64,000 bases of DNA from Phoronis australis (lineage: Eukaryota > Animalia > Phoronida): contig NMRA01000227.1 in the NCBI GenBank assembly GCA_002633005.1, positions 587,435 through 651,434 on the forward strand. The letters are read 5' to 3'. The notes beneath the pieces were generated by a model, which was given only the letters and a program-made list of their open reading frames with translations, had not been told where the DNA came from and did no database searches. This document shows, in pieces, positions 49,363-59,300 of the stretch. Position 1 is the stretch's first letter, and each line of letters opens with the position of its first letter. The translations under genes and the position numbers were made by a program.

Positions 49363-52300
49363 ATGAGTGACAGTGAGGTATACCTTAAACTGGACCTTCC
49401 AAGTAACGCCATGATGGATTATAATGGTGAAGTGGCTTTATCACCCAAATCGGTTGCTGTAGAGAATTTGAAATTCTTCATTAAAGACAGCTTAAAAGAT
49501 GACAATCTGTTTAATGATAGTTTAAATCTGGATAATGATGAACCAGTGTCAAGTGATTCTAGTGACTTGTATTTACATAGTTCGTCTCCATCGAGTACTG
49601 CCAATGAGGGAACTACTGAGGAACTGTTACCACCCCTTAAAACCTCAGATATCACAAAAAATGATAGATTGTGGAATAAAAATTTGAATTCTTTAGACAT
49701 ACCATCAGATTCAGATGGTACAGGAAGTGTTTCATCCAATGACACAATGATCCTTATCAATACTGATTTGACTAAGGAGAATGAATTTAAGCATGTTGGT
49801 AATTTGAACACAACTTCTGGAGGTAAAGGTAACCCTGGTAAAAAGAAGAAAAATGTGACTTTCAACTTGGATCTACCTGATCGGAGTAATAGTGTTAAAG
49901 TGAAACGTGTGACATTTGCGGATTCGGTTGTGGATAACAGCAAGAAACAGCCTGTAAAAGATGCTGATGATCAGTCTAATTTGAGTGCTGTGGAGCGACT
50001 GATGAAGAATAAAAGTATGAGTCCTACGAAGAATGAACCGTCCAAGAGTATGCCAAGTTTTAAAAAGATGAATGAAGCACTGAGAAAAGAGATGAAAAAG
50101 GAGGATGAGAAGAGTTCATTCTCCATCAATGATAGGCTCAAGTTGTTGACAATGAGCAGAAAAGACAGAATGGCTGCTTTAGGAAATAAAATGAATGAGG
50201 GTCAAGGTCAGAAATCTCCATTGGTAAAGGCACAAATTCATGAAGACATTTCGGTCAGCCCCCAAGTAGAGCACAAGCTTGCGAGCAGTGATGAAGAGGA
50301 TGATGATGAAGATGAAGGGGAAATAGGTAACAGCACGTATGAAATTGATGACATACTTGATGCTCTAGATGAAGATACTTCTGGGGAATCAAATAAAGAC
50401 GGTTCTGCTGAGGCTTCTGAGCTCTCCAAAGATGGAATTAAAGGCTCCGATGCTTTAGTTGAGCAGACTTCTCACACTGTAAATGGCACTGTAAATGTTG
50501 ACCTGGGAGACAAAGCAGAGCCTTTGAGAGACCCAGGAACTCTGTATCAAAAATCGAATACAGGTACACGCAGCAAGTCTTTAAGTTCGTCCAACATTGA
50601 TACATTGAAACCAGTCCATTTGCAGGAGCAGAGGCCTCACAGTGAATATGCAACCTATGCGGAGATCATGTCTATGTTGCGTGACAAAGCTCGTCCTAAA
50701 GGTTTGCACAATGCCTTGCTTACTTCTTCCTTGCTCCGAAGTTCAAGCACGTCCAGTCTTGCATCTGATACTCAAAGTCAAAGTTCTAATGCTGACAAAT
50801 ATTTTCAAAGCAGTGACCAAAAGTTGGCTGCTAATCGGAGCACACTTGACAAGACTGATTTTGAAGATCGTCTCGTACGCAAGCAACGTCATTGGTATGA
50901 CGACCTAGATCAGGACAGCAACGCGTCCAGTTGTGAGCTTGACAATGAAGTTCAAGGCCAGCCAATTTCAGGTGATCTCATCAAAACTGTTGATGTCCTA
51001 GACAAACCTTACAGAGGGTTTCTCTACAGTAACACCAATACACAGACACCCGCGACAAACATCCCCACCATGTCTTATCTGAACCTTGCACCCACTCATC
51101 CTTACAAGAGCAGACAAGAACTTAAGGCAATGCAGAATATGAGCCAGTCTGGCACGAGTCACGTTGACCAAACTGCTGCAGAAAATGTGATTGTTTGTCC
51201 TCCATCTAATGATGGTGGACAGCGCACTCATGATGAACATCAGTTACCTGGGTCACTTTCAAATCCTTCGAACATGCCTTTACCCAAGCTGACACAAAGC
51301 CCTACAGGCGTAAATGAAAGGATTGAATTTAATGCTCAATCCTCTGTTGACAGTAAGTGTGGTAGTGTAGTCAGTGACGACCAATACATGGCAAGTGCCA
51401 CATCTGTCATCCCAACTGCCACACAAAGCACCTCGGAACAAATATATGTTCAGTCAGGTGATGGCAAAGCACCATCTACTGCAGCCACTGGTCCTCGTCC
51501 ACTGGGCATTCGACAGCTTCCAGCTAAAGTCACTAAACCTAAGAATGCAAGATTAGGACTACGTATCTTACCAGCCATATCTAATCACGAAGAACAGAGT
51601 CATAAATCCTTGTCTACTGGTAGTCTGGTAAGTGACCAGAACTCTGCAAATGTACCAAAGTCTCCCCATGAAGCTTCACCAATAACTGAGTCAATTCAAC
51701 GACCCCCAGTTGTGTTTTCTTCACATCAACAGCCATTTGTACATTCACCACCAGGTGTCAAAAGTTCTCCAACATCAGTGGAAACAGCACAGACTCTGAC
51801 CATAAAGTCTGCAGATGAGAGTGGGAACCAAAGCCTTGGTACAAATCATCCACAACTTTCTGCTGAGGCTGCAGAGACAAAATGTTCTATATCTGCATAC
51901 CCTGTTACCAATAATGATTCCTCAGTTAAACAGTCACATCTAAGATCTCAACTTGATACCAATCCTACACACATGTTGGATCATAGTTTACAATCTGTGC
52001 AAGATAAGACAATCATTCACAACTTTCAGAGCAGCAGCACTGATAGAAATGCCATGGCTTATGAACCCAGTCCTTCCCACCAACAATCAGCCTATGGTAA
52101 TGATCAGTATTCAAGCATTTCAGGTGAAAGGGATGAAGACCAAACCAGAATCCAGCAAAAAAGCTATTTCCCAGCTGCGCATCAGTCAGTCAGCCACCAA
52201 CATCAACCAAATGGCAGGGATCATGCCAGTCCTTACAATCTGCATTACTTGCCACATGGTAGCTCGCCACCTGGTGTTTCCCACAAAGCCGAAAAATTAC

Positions 52301-53658
52301 CTCATGCTCAACACATTGTTCCATTAGGCAGAAGAGATTCTTTCCAACAATCAAGATCAAATTTACGTCCTTCAGTTGGTTACGCTTCCTCAAGTAAGAT
52401 TAACGAAATGTATTTTGGAGGATCATTGCGCAAAGGCATCTCTGATGCAGCACCTCAACTTTCGCCTACCTCCCAGCAAGAAAATAGATTTAAACACCAT
52501 GTTAGTCAAGACGTGGTCAGAGGAAACAGAGCAGAGCCAAACTCAGAAGGCCAGCACCAGCAGCAACATCAGGAGCTTCGACCAGGTGTGAACCACTATG
52601 ATCAACCTGCTCATGATCACCGTCATAACCAGCCACCCTCTACCCTGCATGATGTTCAACTCAGTTATAGACATGATCCACAGTCGTATCACCAGGAAGG
52701 ACACTATCCTCAACATTCACAAAGGCAGCAGCAGGCTCAGCAATTACCATATCAGTCGTTTTATGGTGAACGAACATATGGTCATCCTGCAAACCATTAT
52801 CGACAGCAGCCTTACCAAGAGCAACATTACCAGAGTGGTGCGTGGCATAATCAACAATCTCAGTGGAAGCAGCAACAACAGCAGCAACAACAGCAGCAAT
52901 ATCAGTATCCACAGTATCGTCAGCAACCACCACAGCATTTTCCTCAGAGCCAAACTTACCAACAGCAACCACCACGGGATGACAGGCGTTACTACCCACC
53001 CTCTCATCCAGAACACTATCATGGGGGGCACCAGTATCCTCTTGTTCAATACCAACCTAGGACACATGACCACAGAGACTTGCGCCAACAGCCTCATTAT
53101 CAAGATCAAGCCTTTAATACTCGTGTTGTGCACAGACAGTCAAGGTCTGTAGAAACACCTTACATAACAGGAGAAGGATATAGAACCCCTGCTGAAAGTG
53201 GACAGGATTATTCTAATAATCACCGTGTACGAGAGGAACCAATGAACACCAGTGTAAGGGCTAGTGGACATTATGATAGGTATTACCCAAGTGGTGGTGC
53301 AGCACCTCTTTCACAAGAAGTAATGCCATATAACTATCCTTCAGGAGAGAGTGTTCGCCAAGTTGATGCTGCCAGAACACAGGTTCCAAGCAGTCAGCAG
53401 AGTTACATAAGGCCAGGTGAGGCCTATGAAAATTGCAACATGCCAAGACCAAGGCTAGTTCGCAAACCATCTAATGGTGGAACATTTATTCAAGTATATG
53501 TTGATAACCCAACGTTGGACACGGCTAAAGTGCCACCTGATTGGGAGCGTGGAGCTCCAGAGGGAGCCAGTAGCTCTCCACGCTCATCCAATGATTCTGA
53601 CAAGCCCTTTTTCGTTGACGCGAGCCAGAGATCAGGTGTTAAAGTGTCTGAGTTGTGA
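49363..53658 (+). CDS. Uncharacterised 1431-aa intrinsically disordered protein (RVxF motifs, Q/H/Y/P-rich region, C-terminal -VSEL)
   Basis: 4.3-kb uninterrupted ORF, ATG in context AAACATGA downstream of a splice acceptor at 49273; low-complexity S/D/Q/H/P composition; AATAAA at 54172. Confidence 0.88.
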   Translation: MSDSEVYLKLDLPSNAMMDYNGEVALSPKSVAVENLKFFIKDSLKDDNLFNDSLNLDNDEPVSSDSSDLYLHSSSPSSTANEGTTEELLPPLKTSDITKNDRLWNKNLNSLDIPSDSDGTGSVSSNDTMILINTDLTKENEFKHVGNLNTTSGGKGNPGKKKKNVTFNLDLPDRSNSVKVKRVTFADSVVDNSKKQPVKDADDQSNLSAVERLMKNKSMSPTKNEPSKSMPSFKKMNEALRKEMKKEDEKSSFSINDRLKLLTMSRKDRMAALGNKMNEGQGQKSPLVKAQIHEDISVSPQVEHKLASSDEEDDDEDEGEIGNSTYEIDDILDALDEDTSGESNKDGSAEASELSKDGIKGSDALVEQTSHTVNGTVNVDLGDKAEPLRDPGTLYQKSNTGTRSKSLSSSNIDTLKPVHLQEQRPHSEYATYAEIMSMLRDKARPKGLHNALLTSSLLRSSSTSSLASDTQSQSSNADKYFQSSDQKLAANRSTLDKTDFEDRLVRKQRHWYDDLDQDSNASSCELDNEVQGQPISGDLIKTVDVLDKPYRGFLYSNTNTQTPATNIPTMSYLNLAPTHPYKSRQELKAMQNMSQSGTSHVDQTAAENVIVCPPSNDGGQRTHDEHQLPGSLSNPSNMPLPKLTQSPTGVNERIEFNAQSSVDSKCGSVVSDDQYMASATSVIPTATQSTSEQIYVQSGDGKAPSTAATGPRPLGIRQLPAKVTKPKNARLGLRILPAISNHEEQSHKSLSTGSLVSDQNSANVPKSPHEASPITESIQRPPVVFSSHQQPFVHSPPGVKSSPTSVETAQTLTIKSADESGNQSLGTNHPQLSAEAAETKCSISAYPVTNNDSSVKQSHLRSQLDTNPTHMLDHSLQSVQDKTIIHNFQSSSTDRNAMAYEPSPSHQQSAYGNDQYSSISGERDEDQTRIQQKSYFPAAHQSVSHQHQPNGRDHASPYNLHYLPHGSSPPGVSHKAEKLPHAQHIVPLGRRDSFQQSRSNLRPSVGYASSSKINEMYFGGSLRKGISDAAPQLSPTSQQENRFKHHVSQDVVRGNRAEPNSEGQHQQQHQELRPGVNHYDQPAHDHRHNQPPSTLHDVQLSYRHDPQSYHQEGHYPQHSQRQQQAQQLPYQSFYGERTYGHPANHYRQQPYQEQHYQSGAWHNQQSQWKQQQQQQQQQQYQYPQYRQQPPQHFPQSQTYQQQPPRDDRRYYPPSHPEHYHGGHQYPLVQYQPRTHDHRDLRQQPHYQDQAFNTRVVHRQSRSVETPYITGEGYRTPAESGQDYSNNHRVREEPMNTSVRASGHYDRYYPSGGAAPLSQEVMPYNYPSGESVRQVDAARTQVPSSQQSYIRPGEAYENCNMPRPRLVRKPSNGGTFIQVYVDNPTLDTAKVPPDWERGAPEGASSSPRSSNDSDKPFFVDASQRSGVKVSEL

Positions 53659-56152
53659 AGTATGGTTAGAATTTCAGTCTGTTTGTGGAATAACAAGCAG
53701 CATTTTTTATGAAAGTTGTTCAAACTGGGAGTATCCTGACCTTATCTGAATGTCTGTTGGTTTAAAGCTCTAGTCACTCCAAACTGGTTGTGTGAGCCTA
53801 CCCTTATACTTCCATGAAATGAGCTGGATATAGGTGGAAATTTTGGCAAGAACTATCCAATGGATTCTTTCTTCAATTGAAGCTGGTGTCTACCATATTT
53901 GGATTCTTCTATTTTAACAATGTTTCTGCCAAATTTTCAAAAACATAACAATTGTTAGTGTCCTTTGTGTTAAAGTGCATTTGCTGTTTTTTATACTTAT
54001 TTTAAAAAGACTTTGATTTTGTTTGTAAAAAATTGTTTATTGGTTATGGGCAGAACTTGCGAAGTTTCTCAATTTGAAGATTTCAACAGTAGTGGCATTA
54101 CAAGATTTGAGATCAAATAAAATCTACTGTGCAGATGGCTTGCTTAGGAAATTCCATGAAATTTGATTTTTAATAAAATATATTCTTACCTGTTTGTACT
54201 TGCCATTGTCTCTGTGCCTGTCACTTGAATTAACACTATTTATACGCTGAACAAGGTTATTGAAGAAGTAGTCTTTAATGATTGACATTTTCAACAGCTG
54301 CAGATTTGCATAAATTAAACTCTTACCTACTGATTTAAGATATTGAATGTTTTTTCATGGCATCATGGACATGAATAATCGATAACAATATGTATGTGTA
54401 ATTGTTTTTTCATTTATCACTTTTGTGCTGAAAGCATCTTTTCTAATTTTATGTTGTGTTTCAGTTTTCCATTGTTTCAAATGTATTTTTCTATTTATAT
54501 TGAACATTTTACTTTCAATTGCTATGCTTAACTTGTTATCATATCAATATTAAGTTTTTCAAGAACAGTCACATTTCTGTTTGATTAGAATTAAGCATAT
54601 CAATAGGTCCATGCATTTGTGAGCGAGTTTGAATGTTGTATTTGTTCTGTTTAATTATGTATGGATTGCCTAACACTGTGTACTGTCTTTGGTGCTAGTA
54701 AAACATCTTTGATTTTTCATGCAATTGGTGGTTTGCGTGTACAGACTTGTGTAATGGTGAATACATTCTATTTTTAGAGCTGACTCTTTCATAACAAAGT
54801 ACGCCATAAGTGTTGAGTGTAACTACTGCAACTATGACGTTAAAATATCTTTATTAACTTGAAAAATTCCAGGACAATGCACATAACTCTTTAATTGCAC
54901 TAACAATTGTTTAATAACATTTTAAAAGCGAGAATAGGGCAATTGCACAGAATTATGTAGCGCATAAGAGTAACAGGCGTATAAAATGTTTTCAAGCCAA
55001 AACCACTGAGAGGTATTTCCTGTTCTGAATGTAAAATGTAGAGAGCATCTTGTGAGCACATTACAAAGAGGATTAGAAGCACTGACGACCTTCACAACTA
55101 AGTAGTGCGCGTTCTTTAGATGACAACAGACTTCTGCGCTACAGCAGTCATGACCACTTTCTCAAGTAAACTTAAGTGCCCTTGACAAAATTCAATGACA
55201 GACAAAAGTGTTTGAATACAAGCAATCAACGGAGACCTCCTCTTACCATTCCCAGCAAATTTTTACATTAAGCATGCACGAAACGAATATATCTGGCAAG
55301 TGGCCTAATTCAATTGAAATGAACTGACTTCAACAGTCAAAATGTTAGCACTATTTACTTCAAAAGATTATCAGAATATTCGACTATACGTACTTTACGT
55401 GACGCTCACAATTCTACTGTACTTTGCATAACTAATAAGTAATCTGCGCAGCTGCATCATGGCCATGATTCAGCTACTAAATCAATATAAGACGAACAGT
55501 AAATAGAATTGTCTTCCACATCTGTCAGTTGTCTTTGCGATGCAATAACTTTTTTTCAATCGGTCTACAAATGTTATTGCATTTTAAAACTAACTACAAT
55601 GCACAAAATGATCAAGATCAAAACATTTAACAACCCAACTAATTTACCTTAAAACAATCTCAAACATCACCAAACAACTGCACTACAACACATGTTCACA
55701 GAAAATAGTTCAATGCTGCAGCTTCCAAGACTGTGCCTTCACTTTAGCTGCAGTCAATAAAATGCAAAGTTAACATATAACTACAACAGTGTAAGGTCCT
55801 CTGTAAAGAACAGATGACAGCCTACGTATACTGGCGCTGCATTCAAAGTGTATATAAATATTGCACAAAAAAATTGCTTCAATCAAAACTTTTAAAACTG
55901 ATGGTGTTAATATCAACAGTAACACAGCTCATCAATATGAAGGAAATGCACAGTACACAATAAAAATAATGAACTATAAAAGATAATACAACAGACTGCC
56001 CCATATAACAATAATTAGTTGTCTTACATTGAAAACTGTAGCAGTTGCAACACTGCACACACAAATCGTGATATACCATATGAACTGTCATGTGATACAA
56101 TACAATACAATAAAATACACTATCCCGTCACAAGCACTAATTTTTGCAGGTC

Positions 56153-56371
56153 TCAGTTCGCCTGATGCCTGTAGCAATAATCTGATCCATCGACACATCC
56201 CAGTTTGCATGGTTGGCCTGTTTTGGTTGTAGCTAGACATGGTGGCCGGGGAGTCATACGACTGCGTGATGACCTAGAGGGTGTGCTACATCGACTGGTG
56301 CTAGGAGACAGTTGCCGGGGCGTTGAGGATAGAGTGCTGAGGAGATGACGACGAACCTGGTCTACGGAGAT
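56153..56371 (-). CDS. bmb: brambleberry terminal exon (ISVDQVRRHLL..CLATTKTGQPCKLGCVDGSDYCYRHQAN*)
   Basis: Acceptor TTTTATAG; TGA at 56155-56153. Confidence 0.8.
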   Translation of the reverse strand: MSVDQVRRHLLSTLSSTPRQLSPSTSRCSTPSRSSRSRMTPRPPCLATTKTGQPCKLGCVDGSDYCYRHQAN

Positions 56372-59300
56372 CTATAAAATGGACAGCAGAGTCAGTGTTA
56401 ACAACTTTAATACGATGGAAGCGTTCTGTTGTGTTGCAAGCAAATGAACAAGAACAAGACATGTTTACAAGAGACACACTCTGGTTGCCTAAGGTAACCT
56501 CCCATCACAATAGACATTTTTTTAATAACAAGAATGCCCACAAGACCACAGTGCACTGTGAAGTGTACCTGTGTTGACATGTTTCCCTGACCTAACAGAA
56601 GTGTCCAATTATGAACAAATGAATCAATGAAATGACATTACTGCAGATCTTAGGGGCATGTACTTACTTTTAACACAATTCCATTTCTTATCAATCTTAT
56701 TGATACACTGAATTACACATGCAACAAAAAGCAGAGAAGCCGACAGGTACAACTTGAGTTACATCAAGAAACAAACAAGCAATATTAATACAAGTACAAG
56801 CAATATTAATACAAGTACAAGCAATATTAATACAAGTACATGTTGTGTAATGAGAACTTTGAGAATGCCTCATACACAATACCTTGTTGTCAGTGCCATT
56901 AAATGAAGAGAAAACATCGGGTACTGGTGTGGCTGCATGTGTACTGGCTGTCCCTGGTGTGTGGATTCTGACATTGCCAACAGGTGTTTCAGTGGTACAA
57001 CTGTCAGTGATAGCACTACTTCGGCTAGGAGTGGGCGGAGCTGGAATGTGGAAAGAGTGAACAATTAGCCATCATGACAATAAACATACAACTGAATGGT
57101 AGGTTTCTACAGTTATGGACAATCACACCATCTAGCTCTATATTCCAATACAAGTAACACAGTAATTACATAAACTTTTGGTTGTACATCATTCTCAGCT
57201 TTGGAGCCCACTTGACAAAATGTAAGCACAATGTTTAAATTGTCAATCAGTGGATGCACTCAATCACTGTGAAAGTAGTAAACAGCTGACAAGTTAATAA
57301 AAAAATTAAGTAATTTAATCTAACTTCATGCAAATAACTTGGAACATGACACAAATACCAAGTGAAAACTTTTTTGTTGAGAACAACATATATGATTTTG
57401 CAGGCAACACCAGGTAATACCTTTGAAGTTAGCCAGAGATGGCAGCACATTCAGCAGACTTTGGTCAGCAACTGTGGAATAACTGTCGTTGACCACAGTC
57501 ACTGTCTCTTCAGACATGGACCTGTCATCTAGATAAAGAAGCAGACACAAGTCAATATCAAATACCAGCAACAACTTAAAACAAGGGGAAATTACTGCTT
57601 ATAAACCTCACAAAGATAGCACAGTTGTAGTTGTATTAACTCTGACAAATGAATTTTGTTTTCATGATACATAGAAATAAACTAGACACAATCTAAAGTG
57701 AGAGCATAACAACAAAATTGCAACAAAAAATTGAGTGTGAATGAATTCCTTATTCCATCACGTCACGAACATTATTGCATTACTAATTACCATGTGAACT
57801 CCACAAAATATTGCACAAGACATGGCAATGAAACACTGCACATCATTTTCTAATTACCTCTTTTAACAACATCCTCATTGTGTGGGCTCTTAGTTGGTGA
57901 GAGTAAAAAGTTGTAGAGTACTGGAGCACATGGCTTAGACATTACACTGGAGACCAAGTTATAACACCAACCGACTGTAAAACATTGGGTGACAAGTCAT
58001 TGCACAAACCAACTGTAAGACACTGGGCGATAAGTCATTGCACACAATGACTGGAAGACACAAGGTGATAAGTCATAGCCCACAATGACTGATAAATCAC
58101 AACACCAACTGACTGTATAACACCCTTGCACCTTACGCTACTACAATACACTCAAATTCATTCCCCAATAACAATGACAACACATTTGGTATTTAGCCAT
58201 CTAATATGTCAAAAAATTTTCCATGACAGCACAGCGTAAGATTTTAATCTTAAAAGATGTCAATCAATGCTGCAGACTACCAAAACGTCTATCAACTTAC
58301 AATTAGACACAGAATCAGGAAACCCCAAGGAGTATGTAGCACACATATTGTGCAGCAGTTCAGTTTTTCAAAGTAAAATCGAAACTAATTACCTACGACA
58401 GTTAACCCGATGAATACGGACATGGTGATGAAGTCAAAGCCAGAGCCGTGTCTGACTTGGGTCATGGCATTGACTGGGACAATGATAAGAAGTGTAAGAC
58501 GAGTGAAGCATGGTGTGGACAGGAATGTGGCGGTGATGGCAGCCAGCAGGAAGTAACCCATGTGAAGAAGGATGGTGGTCACTATGGCCAACTGGTCACC
58601 TAATGTGAGTCAACAACAGTTGGCAGTTTGACAAGTCAAATACAATGCTAGGAAAAACAGTAATCGTATGCAAACAGTTACGTTATTTTGTGGATACTCG
58701 TGATTTACATAATAAACAGGCATTCTTTTTAAATATTTCATAACAGATAAGAGCATCTGGTTGAATCCATTTTCTTACAAAAGGTAGCTGACTATTTAAC
58801 AAGGCATGTTAATTAGACATTTTGAATAAGATCATGAACCGCAACCGACAAACATTAAATCTTATCATTTTAGCACAAAAAATTGTTCATTTTTAGATTT
58901 GCTGCACAGCACAATAGAAACCTGGAATGTATATTATGTTGGAAGAAATCCATTGATGACTATATGGCAAAGTTCGCAAAGTCCAAAGTACCCAGACAGT
59001 CAAGATAACCCTAATCGTTGCAATACATCATAGATTGGAAGTAGTGGTAGAAGAGTTGTAGGGGTTAAGTGAAACCTACATACCTGCCCCACCCACCCAA
59101 TCACTCAGCCAGTCAAGATGTCTCATTATGCCCCACCTCATTTCTTCTATAGTCGACAACATGAACACGAGGCTCTGATTGACTCGGTGTAAATTAGCTA
59201 CCATTTCCTCATAGTGTCTTGACGTTTCTTCCTGATGGTGCACAATATGCCGAGTGCTCTCATCTAAAATATTGGGCACATTTCCTGACTAATTATCTTT

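Noticed and set aside
49419-53133. Antisense and alternate-frame ORFs over the 1431-aa CDS (and over both GPCRs)
   Set aside because: Expected shadows of long, low-complexity coding sequence; no independent splice or domain evidence.
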